Below, in pieces: positions 23,853 through 36,870 of a stretch of DNA of 64,000 nucleotides. The notes under the pieces are model-generated. The model searched no databases. It worked only from the letters and a program-made list of their open reading frames with translations, and was not told the DNA's origin. Source of the stretch: Octopus bimaculoides (Eukaryota); the NCBI RefSeq assembly GCF_001194135.2, contig NC_068994.1, positions 43,541,331-43,605,330 of the forward strand. The letters are read 5' to 3'. Positions within the stretch are counted from its first letter, which is position 1. Each line of letters starts with the position of its first letter. A program made the translations under genes and the position numbers.

Positions 23853-24300
23853 CACACGTGCACGCACACATACATACACACACATAAATATATATGTACA
23901 CGTATATTACATATAGACACATATATGTGTGAATGTTTGTGTGTATGTACTTATATGTGTGTGTTTAAGCATTCACATGTGTGTTTATTTTTGAGAGTTT
24001 CTGCTACAATATATATTAATGTGTATATATTATACATACTTGTACTTACACACACACATAAATATATATATGTACACGTATATCTCATATAGACACATAT
24101 ATATGTGAATGTATTTGTGTATTTATATGTGTGTGTTTAAACATTCACATGTATGTTTATTTTTGAGAGTTTCTACTACAATATATATTAGTGTGTATAT
24201 ATTATACACACTTGTACTTACACACACACACACATACATACACACACATAAATATATATGTACACATATATCACATAGAAACATATGTGAGAGTATGTGA
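23722..24300. repeat. Tandem triplication of a ~170-240 bp unit with internal variable (CA)n
   Basis: TTTAA.(C/T)ATTCACATGT.TGTTTATTTTTGAG.GTTTCT..TACAATATA.ATTA at 23727, 23964 and 24136 (periods 237 and 172). Confidence 0.9.
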
Positions 24301-25367
24301 TATGCACTTATGTATATATGTATGTGTATGTGTATGTGTGCATGTTAATGTTTGATTATATTTGAAGCTGTGTATAAAAACTATTTAACAGTACACTGAA
24401 GTATTATTCAATGCTTTTAGGTAGAATATATATTTATAAATGTGTACAAGGGAAAGGTTGACAGTGATTTTGAAGTTTTGGCTTGCTTCATTAGACTGTC
24501 TGGTGAAGGCAAGAAAGCCTAAACTCTCAAGACAATGCAAAACTTCTCCTTGTAAAAATTAATTATATATATAGAGAACAAATTACCTTATTTGCTGAAA
24601 AAAGTCAGAAACCATGGTCCAGGAGATAGATGGTAAATGTTTTTATTTTTCATTCCCTTCGAAGTTTTATTCCTAATAGTCGTCTGGATTTTGGCTGTTC
24701 CTTCTAGTGTGCCAGGAATCCTATGACGGATACCTCTTATGGGTTTAAATGTACACTGTATTTATATGAATAATATATAGTCTATTATATATATATATAT
24801 ATATATATATAGTTCAAAAAAACAATAACAAAAAAACAAAAAAACAACAAAGTGAGGACGTGATATGGATAGTATTATTGGNNNNNNNNNNNNNNNNNNN
24901 NNNNNNNNNNNNNNNNNNNNNNNNNNNNNNNNNNNNNNNNNNNNNNNNNNNNNNNNNNNNNNNNNNNNNNNNNNNNNNNNNNNNNNNNNNNNNNNNNNNN
25001 NNNNNNNNNNNNNNNNNNNNNNNNNNNNNNNNNNNNNNNNNNNNNNNNNNNNNNNNNNNNNNNNNNNNNNNNNNNNNNNNNNNNNNNNNNNNNNNNNNNN
25101 NNNNNNNNNNNNNNNNNNNNNNNNNNNNNNNNNNNNNNNNNNNNNNNNNNNNNNNNNNNNNNNNNNNNNNNNNNNNNNNNNNNNNNNNNNNNNNNNNNNN
25201 NNNNNNNNNNNNNNNNNNNNNNNNNNNNNNNNNNNNNNNNNNNNNNNNNNNNNNNNNNNNNNNNNNNNNNNNNNNNNNNNNNNNNNNNNNNNNNNNNNNN
25301 NNNNNNNNNNNNNNNNNNNNNNNNNNNNNNNNNNNNNATATATATACATATATATACATATATATAC

Positions 25368-25422
<55 letters not shown>

Positions 25423-25425
25423 GAT

Positions 25426-25712
25426 GGACTCTCCCATCGTTAGACGATGTACGAGTGTTCAACAATTTCTTACCAAACAACCACACAGATGACTTGTTTA
25501 TAGTGATCAAGTGTTTGTGTAGCCATAAGCCCACTCTCTCCATCAAATCGACATTACTCGTACAGGTGCAATGGGTGCTACATGTCAGATGTCGAAATGA
25601 TCGCAAAGCAACATAAAATGAGGTGCCTTGCTCAAGCACACTACACAACGCCCTGTCTGGGAATCGAACCACGATCTCGCAATCATGTGTGCAACACCTT
25701 AACCGCTAAGTC
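25426..25712 (-). mobile_element. tRNA-derived SINE family e, antisense
   Basis: Reverse complement CTTAGCGGTTAAGGTGTTGCAC...GTGGTTCGATTCCCAG...GTGCTTGAGCAAGGCACC (A box, B box, V/Meta-like domain). Confidence 0.7.
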
Positions 25713-26093
25713 AATTCCAAGGAAGAGAGAGAGAGCATGAGAAAGAGTGAAAAAGAGATGGAGAAAAGGAGAAAGAATGAGAAAGAGTGAAGAATCAATC
25801 TTGACAAAAGCATAATTTAATGATTAACGAGAAATGAAAAGCAAAGCTAAGATCGGTGTGATTTGAAATCAAAACACAGAGTTTCAGAACACTGCATAGC
25901 ATTCACAGAAATGCTCTAACAAATTGACCAGTTAAATGTCTGTTAATATTAAATATTAATATGCAAATATATACATGTACGTATAATATATCTATTTATA
26001 TTTATATATATAGATATAATATATATATGTATACATATGTATATATGTATGCATACACATGTGTGGGGGATGCGCACATGTGTGTGTGTATGC

Positions 26094-26127
<34 letters not shown>

Positions 26128-26163
26128 TTGCATGCATACAATAGGAAATATATTATAATATAA

Positions 26164-26215
<52 letters not shown>

Positions 26216-27471
26216 CATATATTAATGTGTATGTATATATAGTTGATGACAATTGTACAAGCCTGTATATTTCTATATTGTGTGTATATGAGTATGTGTT
26301 TGAACATACAATGATGTATATCACAGATGTATGCACACGCACAAACACACACACACACACGCACAAACACAAACACACACACACACACACACACACACAT
26401 GCATATGTATGTCTTGCATATAATATGAGTCTTTTTCTGAGCATATACACATACATACACACATAGATGAACACACAGTTACATCCATACACATATTGAT
26501 AAACAGAAACACACGTAAATACACACATGTATACATACATATATGAAGGATTATGTGCTAATATATTTGCATATCACTGCAGAGTATATATAAAGATGTA
26601 TTTATGTAAATGAGCGTGTTATCTTACTTCGGTGATAACCACCCACCCCTCATTCCTCTTTCTTCTACGACAACAATAAATACTCTTGCATGCATTCAAC
26701 TTGTCGTGTCTTTGTGTCTGTATGTGTGTGTATGTGTGTGTATGTGTGTGTATGCAAGTAAATACATATGTACTTAAGTTATGCATATATATATATACAT
26801 ACATATATACGTATATATATATATATATGTATAGAGAGAGAGAGAGAGAGAGAGAGAGATACATACATACATATNNNNNNNNNNNNNNNNNNNNNNNNNN
26901 NNNNNNNNNNNNNNNNNNNNNNNNNNNNNNNNNNNNNNNNNNNNNNNNNNNNNNNNNNNNNNNNNNNNNNNNNNNNNNNNNNNNNNNNNNNNNNNNNNNN
27001 NNNNNNNNNNNNNNNNNNNNNNNNNNNNNNNNNNNNNNNNNNNNNNNNNNNNNNNNNNNNNNNNNNNNNNNNNNNNNNNNNNNNNNNNNNNNNNNNNNNN
27101 NNNNNNNNNNNNNNNNNNNNNNNNNNNNNNNNNNNNNNNNNNNNNNNNNNNNNNNNNNNNNNNNNNNNNNNNNNNNNNNNNNNNNNNNNNNNNNNNNNNN
27201 NNNNNNNNNNNNNNNNNNNNNNNNNNNNNNNNNNNNNNNNNNNNNNNNNNNNNNNNNNNNNNNNNNNNNNNNNNNNNNNNNNNNNNNNNNNNNNNNNNNN
27301 NNNNNNNNNNNNNNNNNNNNNNNNNNNNNNNNNNNNNNNNNNNNNNNNNNNNNNNNNNNNNNNNNNNNNNNNNNNNNNNNNNNNNNNNNNNNNNNNNNNN
27401 NNNNNNNNNNNNNNNNNNNNNNNNNNNNNNNNNNNNNNNNNNNNNNNNNNNNNNNNNNNNNNNNNNNNNNN

Positions 27472-27510
<39 letters not shown>

Positions 27511-27574
27511 CCCGCAAGTGAGTATGTGTTTGTTTGCGTTTGTGGGTGTAAATCTTAAATGTCCATACAAAGCT

Positions 27575-27790
27575 ATTGAAGACCTCAGAAATCCATAAAT
27601 ATTTATATATTCAATATTAAGAGACTTCTTTGATGAAATTAGTGAAAAGATTTCAGAAATTCCATTGTCAACAAGGATGTGATTGCAGTGCATGTAAATT
27701 GAACATTACGGATAAACATCATCTAATGATCAGCAAAGTTTTACAGCTTTCGGGTTTTCCCTGTCACCACTGTAACTAGTGATCTTTGAA
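27575..27790 (+). mobile_element. Decayed hAT (Charlie/SPIN, GTF2IRD2/EPM2AIP1-like) transposase fragment
   Basis: ILRDFFDEISEKISEIPLSTR ... (frameshift) KLNITDKHHLMISKVLQLSGF(SL) resembles LFxDFxxKxEIxxKIxxLPLSARTV...NIT..Q......FSLAxDES of that family; multiple stops. Confidence 0.5.
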
Positions 27791-27818
27791 AAGAAAGCCA
27801 ACACAATAAAATTTATAG

Positions 27819-27863
<45 letters not shown>

Positions 27864-28595
27864 NNNNNNNNNNNNNNNNNNNNNNNNNNNNNNNNNNNNN
27901 NNNNNNNNNNNNNNNNNNNNNNNNNNNNNNNNNNNNNNNNNNNNNNNNNNNNNNNNNNNNNNNNNNNNNNNNNNNNNNNNNNNNNNNNNNNNNNNNNNNN
28001 NNNNNNNNNNNNNNNNNNNNNNNNNNNNNNNNNNNNNNNNNNNNNNNNNNNNNNNNNNNNNNNNNNNNNNNNNNNNNNNNNNNNNNNNNNNNNNNNNNNN
28101 NNNNNNNNNNNNNNNNNNNNNNNNNNNNNNNNNNNNNNNNNNNNNNNNNNNNNNNNNNNNNNNNNNNNNNNNNNNNNNNNNNNNNNNNNNNNNNNNNNNN
28201 NNNNNNNNNNNNNNNNNNNNNNNNNNNNNNNNNNNNNNNNNNNNNNNNNNNNNNNNNNNNNNNNNNNNNNNNNNNNNNNNNNNNNNNNNNNNNNNNNNNN
28301 NNNNNNNNNNNNNNNNNNNNNNNNNNNNNNNNNNNNNNNNNNNNNNNNNNNNNNNNNNNNNNNNNNNTATATATGCATATATATACATATATATACATAC
28401 ATCTACATATATACCTCCTTTTATATATATATATATATAGATGTAGAAATGAGTTTATATAACTATGTAATAGAAAACATAATCAATACTGCACCCCAGC
28501 TCACCCTCACAATCTATTTTACTATTAGCCTATTATCACTGCAAATATTTGAGGAGTTTAATTCATATTTGCTGACATGCATGCATGTGTGAATT

Positions 28596-28645
<50 letters not shown>

Positions 28646-28798
28646 TGCACATATACATTTGTATTATTATGCATTTCAATGAGTGTATTTATTCGACCAT
28701 TTAATTATGCGTATGTCTATCCACATAAATGCATATATAATAATGCATGCAAACATACTCATAGACACACATAAAATATATGTGTGTTTGTGTGTGTA

Positions 28799-28848
<50 letters not shown>

Positions 28849-28929
28849 CACATATTTACAGTGAGGCAGTGAGTGAGAGTGTTAGAGAGAGACAGACTAA
28901 AAGATAGGTAGATACATAGATAGATAGAC

Positions 28930-28969
<40 letters not shown>

Positions 28970-29027
28970 TTGTGCAAATATGTGTCATATATAGAAGTGT
29001 GCATGTGTATGTATGTTTGTATGTGCA

Positions 29028-29030
29028 TGA

Positions 29031-29119
<89 letters not shown>
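29028..29119. repeat. Perfect (CAT)n microsatellite
   Basis: About 30 uninterrupted CAT units. Confidence 0.95.
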
Positions 29120-29120
<1 letters not shown>

Positions 29121-29444
29121 ATATTTACATCCATTTCCCTATGGTGTTATGAGTTAGATAGATCATCACAGACTGATTCAGCTTTTATTCACTGCCCTTC
29201 TAGACTGCTCCAGGACCACATCTCACTCATACATTCTGTTTTGTGATAAGTTTTCTGCAGCTGCAAGCCTTCCTTTATCATTAACATTCTCAATTACAGA
29301 GTAGTTTTGGATGCATTTCATTATGGCACCAATGCCAAGGAGGTTGCCTTGTCCCTGGCAGAGCTAAAGAGAATCCTCAAACTTTGTCATTTCTTTCCAG
29401 TTACCAACTACTTTACTGAATGCACAATGCGTATATCAACACAA

Positions 29445-29660
29445 GGCAGCAAACTGGCAGAAACGTTAGCACACTGGGCCAAATGCTTAGCGGTATTTCA
29501 TCTGTCTTTACGTTCAGCATTCAAATTCCACCAAGGTCGACTTTGTCTTTCATTCTTTCGAGGTCGATAAACATAAGTACCAGTTGTGTATTGGGGTTGA
29601 TCTAATTGACGTTCTCCCTCCCCAAAAATTTCAGGCCTTGTGCCTAGAGAAGGAAAGAAT
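29445..29660 (+). mobile_element. SINE family a with tail Y
   Basis: GGCAGAAACGTTAGCAC...TTCAAATTCCACC...CCCCAAAAATTTCAGGCCTTGTGCCTAGAGAAGGAAAGAAT. Confidence 0.8.
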
Positions 29661-29674
29661 GTGTATATCAACAC

Positions 29675-29716
<42 letters not shown>

Positions 29717-29717
<1 letters not shown>

Positions 29718-29887
29718 CATTTCTTTTATTAGCCACACAGGGCTCAGCAAAGATGGGACAAATACAATGTAGAGCTTTTCTTTTTGGGAGGGGGAAGAAA
29801 AAAAAAAGTAGGGGTGTGTCGATCAAAAGGGATCATAGGAAGGGAAAAAGGGGGGAGTTCGATCAAAAGGGATCGAAAAAAAAAAAA
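29717..29887 (-). mobile_element. Retroelement 3' end inserted within a (GATA)n array
   Basis: Minus strand ends ...GAGCCCTGTGTGGCTAATAAAAGAAATG then (TATC)n; (GATA)n on both flanks; internal duplicated CGATCAAAAGGGATC. Confidence 0.55.
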
Positions 29888-29888
29888 T

Positions 29889-29935
<47 letters not shown>

Positions 29936-30255
29936 TTAAACATGCATATACCAACCCACCTACCTACCTACTTATCTACCTACCTACCTACCTATGTACC
30001 TACCTGCCTACCGATCTATCTATCGATTTATCTATTCATCTATCTATCTATTTATCTATTTGTCTATCCATCTATCTATCTATCTATCTATCCAGTTATC
30101 TATCTATCCATCTATCTTTCTAGTTATCTATTTATCTATCTATCTATGTGTCTATATATGTATTCATCTATGCATACTGTTGTGTGTGAATGTTGAGTGT
30201 GAATGTGTGTGTATGTGTATGTATGTGTGTACTACTTTCAATCTGCTAATATATG

Positions 30256-30301
<46 letters not shown>

Positions 30302-30852
30302 ATCTGTATGTGCATATATGTGCTAATGAGTGTATATGCCTCAATGTTCCTAATTAGGTATGAAGATATTGATCAGATATAACGATATGATGTATACACT
30401 GAAGGCAATATTCGAGAAATGGTTTTATTGAAGCAGAAACACACCACAAAATATACACATATAATGTATAGACAGACACTTGAGTATAAATATATACCCA
30501 CACCTAGAGAAATTGGCAAATATTTAGAGAGACAATAAGCAAATAGTGAAACAGTTTATTGATTACACACACAAACTGTTTAATTGTATGAGTTCATATG
30601 TGTATACAGGCATACAACAGTGTCTATACAAAATTTTTTCATATCTACGCACACTCATACGTTCATATTCCATTCACACTGCCATTCATATACATACACT
30701 CAAATACAACACAGACACACGCTCACATATATGTGGGTATATATATTCATTTATGTATATGTGTGTGTCTGCATTCATTGACTTCATTGACAGATGTGTA
30801 TGTGTGTGTGTGTGTAGTTATATACATATATATGTGCATAGAGAGAGAGCGC

Positions 30853-31118
30853 GAGAGAGAGAGAAAGAAAGAGAGAGAGAAAGAAAGAGAGAGAGAAAGA
30901 AAGAAAGAGAGAGAGAAAGAAAGACAGAGAGAAAGAAAGACAGAGAGAAAGAAAGACAGAGAGAAAGAAAGACAGAGAGAAAGAAAGACAGAGAGAAAGA
31001 AAGACAGAGAGAAAGAAAGACAGAGAGAAAGAAAGACAGAGAGAAAGAAAGACAGAGAGAAAGAAAGACAGAGAGAAAGAAAGACAGAGAGAAAGAAAGA
31101 CAGAGAGAAAGAAAGAGA
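30853..31118. repeat. 16-bp purine minisatellite (GAGAGAAAGAAAGACA)n
   Basis: About 12 perfect 16-mers preceded by GA/GAAA precursors. Confidence 0.95.
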
Positions 31119-31874
31119 AAGATACATACATATCTGTATGTATTTACATACACAACACACACACACACACACACACGTACACACACACATATACACATAT
31201 GTATGTAACTCATTCTGCATTCTCAACATCATCCCTTACCACTATATCCATCCCTGAACACCTTCATAAGCCTGCCATTGACAGCCCCTACACCTTTGTT
31301 CCTCACTCCCAATTTCCTCCCTATATAGCTCTGACCTCAGTCTCTGTCACTGCATATCCCTCTATCTCTCACACCCTCTCTCACTTCACATCATCATCTC
31401 CCTATTTCTCATCTGTCTCCACTTTTATTATATACTGCTACTCTCCACCCCTCCTTTTTTTATACTTACATTTATTACCTCCTCCTCTTTCCAGATCCAC
31501 TCCCATTTCCTACACCTTCACTCTCATTCTAATATTCACCAGTGACTGTTCCTTCTACCTCAATATCCAACCCACTTAGTTGAGTGTGAGTGTGATACCG
31601 AGGGAGGCAGTTCACTAATGCTGGTACCATGAAAAAACACCTACTATGCTCAGTAGAGTGATTGGCATTAGAAAGGGCATCCAGCCACAAAAATCATGCT
31701 GAAGCAAAGCAGACAATGGAATTCAATGCAGACCTCTCTGACTTGTCGGATCCTGTTAAATGATGCAATTCATACCAGCATAAAGGACAAATGTTAAATG
31801 ATAATGATGATGATGTATAGCTCTGTCTCCCTCTTTCTCTCTTCATTTTCTCAGTTTCTCTCTCTCTCTCCCTC

Positions 31875-31913
<39 letters not shown>

Positions 31914-31922
31914 ATATATATG

Positions 31923-31975
<53 letters not shown>

Positions 31976-32343
31976 ATGTATCTGGTCCACATAAAAAGCA
32001 CCCAGCACACTCTGCAAACTGGTTGGCATCAGGAAGAGCATCCAGCTGTAGAAACCAAGCCAACTCAGACTGGAACCTGGTGCAGCTCTCCAGCTTTCCA
32101 GCTCCGGTCTCATTAATTTAGTTAAGCTTTCTTGAAAGATCTTATGAGAGAACCCAAGTACTGAAAATTGTGTCAATATTGATACACTAAGAAAAAAAAA
32201 ACTTACAAAGCAAAAAGTGGTCAAAGAATGATTACCAATAAATTTTGTGCCATTGAAAGCCTTGTAAATGATATTTAAAAGTCATTTATTTATGAGTGCT
32301 AAATTATATTTACTGCTCATTAAACCCCCATGATCCTTCCAAA

Positions 32344-32392
32344 ATGTAAAATAACACTTTTCATACAATGTATGAAAAGTGTTATTTTACAT
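32344..32392. repeat. 49-bp perfect palindrome (24-bp arms, 1-nt loop)
   Basis: ATGTAAAATAACACTTTTCATACA-A-TGTATGAAAAGTGTTATTTTACAT. Confidence 0.95.
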
Positions 32393-32794
32393 CTAAACCA
32401 AATCTCTTCTTTATATCAAAATAAATACTTTTTCTGGTGTTATTATTAATTATCTATGCTTACAAATAACTAAACAAAAAAAAACAACTCAAAATTATAT
32501 TAAAGTATATTAAACTTTGATAATTTACAGGATTTAGGCATAAAAATTTTTTCATTGCCAAATTTATATGAAAAGATATTTCTGACTTTTATTTAAATAA
32601 TTTTTTAATATTGTTATTTATATTTGAATCTCACTGAAACAAAAACATTAAAAAATAGTTTTTGGTTTCAGAAATATATTATTTTCTAACAGTTTTTTAC
32701 GAAGCTGCTTTTCCATTATTGTTCTGATCATGTCTCTATCCCTCTCCTCCTGAATGTTATGTTCCTCTGGATCTTCATGTTCTTCCTGGTTATC

Positions 32795-32972
32795 ATGTTT
32801 GGATGTGGCAAGGGTGGTAAAGGACCAGGCAAATGATATCACAAGTGCCATCACAATATTCTACATGACAACATCCAAACTATCACCAAGCTAACCATCT
32901 GATGCTTGGCTTGTCATGGTGGCATCAAGCATGTCTCAGACTCTTGGTATGCTCAAGGTGTTTTTCAAGAGT
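32795..32972 (+). pseudogene. H4: Truncated histone H4 pseudogene (orphon)
   Basis: MFGCGKGGKGPGK*YHKCHHNILHDNIQTITKLTI*CLACHGGIKHVSD then (after a deletion) GMLKVFFKS aligns colinearly with H4 [49 protein letters not shown]...GVLKVFLEN (27 of the first 48 residues identical); two in-frame stops. Confidence 0.9.
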
Positions 32973-33819
32973 CTAAATATGATCAGAACACCTTCATTCA
33001 AACTATTTGACTCTACTGCTTTCTAACTAACTCATTCAGCTACCTTATTAACATTTTCCCTTTCTTCTCAGGCTCTTCATTAGCATTTTTATGTAAGTTT
33101 TTTTCCAATTTATAAAATTACATTTCAGTGTAATTTTATTGTTTTGAGAAAAAAAATTAATTTTTTTAGCCTTTATGCTAAGTTTTGTCTCAATCACAAC
33201 TACATATTTATTTGTAAAAATCATTGCCAGTAAAAAGAGTAGACAAGCAAGCAAAATGCAGGTGCTGGAGTGATAATATTCTTAACTAGTTGAACTGGAA
33301 AAGTACAGAACAAGAAAAGAAACCTATTGCAGCTGAAGTTGGAATTTGAGTATAAATATGTCCTTTGGTAAGTTTCAGATCAGAAAAAGTAGGGAAAAGA
33401 TTGAAGACAGCATGTTTGGTAATGTGATTAAATTTGAAGGTTCAATTCTTTTTTCCTTATTCACATGCACCTGTCTAACTGAAACCATATCCAATAGCTA
33501 ATACTGAGTTTAAGGAAGGTATGTTAGATTCTGTGTGCTTTGAGGGAAGGAAATTTGTTGGTCAAGCTTTTATAGAAGTCATGAATATCAAGGGTGAAAG
33601 TGTGTTTTTAAGTATCAAGAACCAAGAATATTGGATTTACAGAGCTTTATAAACATAGATTCTGAACGTTTTGTTTCTACTAGGGATAAGTTACATTTTT
33701 CTATTGGGGAGAAAATAGACATTACTAAAACCATCATTTCATTTACCTTTTATTGTTCCTGTACTGGTAGACTCTTTCTGCTTGTTTGAGTCTTACTAGG
33801 CAAGTTAAATTATATCCTA

Positions 33820-33975
33820 GTCGCTCATAAATGAGCTCATGGCATTTTCGCTCAATAAATACTCTCAACGCCCAGTCTGGGAACTGAAACCGCAATCCTA
33901 CGACCTAGACTCTGTTGCCTTAACCACAAGGCTGTTGCCTTAACCACAAGGCTGTTGCCTTAACCACAAGGCCAT
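33820..33975 (-). mobile_element. SINE family e, antisense, with triplicated 20-mer
   Basis: CTGTTGCCTTAACCACAAGG x3 at 33912-33971; antisense B-box-like GGTTTCAGTTCCCAG upstream on the plus strand. Confidence 0.65.
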
Positions 33976-33983
33976 TGCCCCTC

Positions 33984-34023
<40 letters not shown>

Positions 34024-34575
34024 CTTACATACACACACACTTATATGAATTATATTGTGAAATCCTTCGCATAATTAGCCTTGGGTTCCATCCCGAAGCA
34101 AGCACTTTTATAGATACAAATATATAATCATTTCAAAATCTGTCAAAAAAAAGCTGAAAACTGAAATTGTTCTCAGCCCAAGCAATTTTAATAAAGGGTT
34201 ATTAACTGTTTTTGTTGAAAAAAGTTGAGATATAAATTACAAATACAATTTTCCTGCTGACATGTTATTAAGTATTTTGGGCTCAAAATGTCCCAAATCT
34301 GTAGGTGTATAATTCGTGTGAGTATACATGTGTCTTTTTGTATGTATATACATACTGAAAGGTAGGTACATATACATAAGCACATATACCTCTCTCTCTC
34401 TCTTTCGCTATACACAGACACACACAAACACACACACACACACACACATACACGCATATACACTCACATACCTATAAATGTATATATACATATGTATACA
34501 TATATATGCATATATAGATATAAATGTGTGTATATATATAAACATAATTAAGGGATCAGCAACAGTTGCTTCACC

Positions 34576-34710
<135 letters not shown>

Positions 34711-35110
34711 CACACACACACAATTATCAAGACAACTACACCCATACATCTATTGTAAATATTGTCTACATATAATATATTTTGTGTGTATACAAATACA
34801 TATAAAATACATGCAAACATATAACAACAGGTTTAATGTATAGAAGTTAGATATGTGTATGTGTATACATGCGTGTTTGTGTGAGTGTGTGTGTGTGTGC
34901 ATTGATATATATATATGTGTATGTGTACATATATGTGTGAATAGGTGTACATGCATATAAGTAAGCAAATAGATGCATATATACATGTATATGTACAAAT
35001 GTACGCACATACATACATACATGCATTCTTACATACATTATGTTTGTAAAAATATGTGTGTATATATTCATGTATATATATATATATATATATATACACA
35101 TGACTATATA

Positions 35111-35202
<92 letters not shown>

Positions 35203-35243
35203 TGTATGTACGTCTATATATATATATATTTATATATATATAG

Positions 35244-35275
<32 letters not shown>

Positions 35276-36149
35276 GCATATATATACGCGAGTTTATGTG
35301 TATATACAGACAAACATACACACACGCACACACACACACACACACATGCACACATACATACATGTATATAGTTATTCATGGTGTGTGTTTCTGTTTAAAA
35401 CTAAAAATGGATCTTTGCATGCATTAATGACCCTCATTGAGAAAAAGACTCAGCCAACAGCATCAACAACAATAACAACAATACCATCCACAACAAAACT
35501 GAGGCAAGATCTTTGTGGTGAGGTGGTGGGGGTCACCAAAAATATGAAAGGCAAGCTTACTTGTATAGTGTTGTCTGCAGGGAGTTGCTTTAAATGTAGA
35601 CACATCCTGTAGTTGCTGGTCAGGGGATGTGCTGCTCTTGTTATTTACAAATCAGTGCTTGACTTTTTAGTTCTAGTGAGATGTGTGATTTTTCTGTGGA
35701 GTGGGTGAGACCGTTGAAATGAGGATGTGATGCTCTAATGTGTAAAAAACAATAGCAACAACAAAAAAAAAACAACCCAGAAATTGATGTGTGTGAGTGT
35801 GGGTGTGTTTGAATCATAGACAAAGAGGAAGAATTAGAATATATATGTGTATGTAAGTGTGTATAGGTATGTGTACGTCTATCTAGCTCTCTATCTATAT
35901 TCATATATATGCGTGTGTGTGTGTGTGTGTTTTTGTGGATGTGTGTGTGTGTGTGTGTTTTCTGAGTGAGAGAGAGGAAGAAAGATAAACAGAGAGAGAA
36001 GGAGTATGGAGAAGCAGAAACTGAGAGTAGTAGAACACATACTGTATATTTAAGTTTCAGTAAGTTTTAGGCCATTAATTGAGTGTACGTTTGTATGTGC
36101 ATACACACAATATGCATGTATCTATATGCATACATAAGTACATTTGTGT

Positions 36150-36199
<50 letters not shown>

Positions 36200-36277
36200 G
36201 TTGATAGATTGATACATAGAAGCATATGTAAATATATTCATATTTACATATATATCCTAATATATCTGTGTGTGTAA

Positions 36278-36490
36278 GGTGGCGAATTGGTAGAAACGTT
36301 AGCACACCAGGTGAAAAGCTTAGCAGTATTTCATCTGTCTTTATGATCTGAGTTCAAATTATGCTGAGGTCAACTTTGCCTTTTATCTTTCGGGCTCGAT
36401 AAATGAAGTACCAGTTGCATACTGGGCCGATCTAATCGACTGGTCCCTCCCCAGAAATTTCGGGATTTGTGCCTAGAGTAGAAAAGAATA
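36278..36490 (+). mobile_element. SINE family a with tail Y
   Basis: GGTGGCGAATTGGTAGAAACGTTAGCAC...GAGTTCAAATT...TTGTGCCTAGAGTAGAAAAGAAT. Confidence 0.8.
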
Positions 36491-36514
36491 TATCTGCGTG
36501 TGTGTGTACATATA

Positions 36515-36556
<42 letters not shown>

Positions 36557-36568
36557 TATATTTATACA

Positions 36569-36604
<36 letters not shown>

Positions 36605-36657
36605 GTTTACAGTACAATGTATTAAAACAAAAGCTACTAATACTTTCTTGCCATTAA

Positions 36658-36870
36658 CCCTTTAGCATTTAAACTGGTCAAATCCAGCCCAAATATTCCG
36701 CCTGTTTTATGTTCAAACTGATCAGATCTGGCATCTCCCACCAACCCTGGAATGTCATTCTAAAAAATAAATAATCACATCATTGAAAGTTACAAGATAA
36801 CACAGAATTTATTCAAAATGAAGTGAATAAATAATCATTAGATTTGATAAAGTAATCTAAATGCTGAAGG
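36658..36870 (-). mobile_element. piggyBac-type MITE (same family as 13876-14095)
   Basis: TTAA|CCCTTTAGCATTTAAAC ... AATGCTGAAGG; internal sequence is the reverse complement of the 13.9 kb copy. Confidence 0.75.

Noticed and set aside
33333-33373. Second possible small exon ending at GTAAGT (33368)
   Set aside because: 35 nt (not frame-preserving) with a poor polypyrimidine tract.
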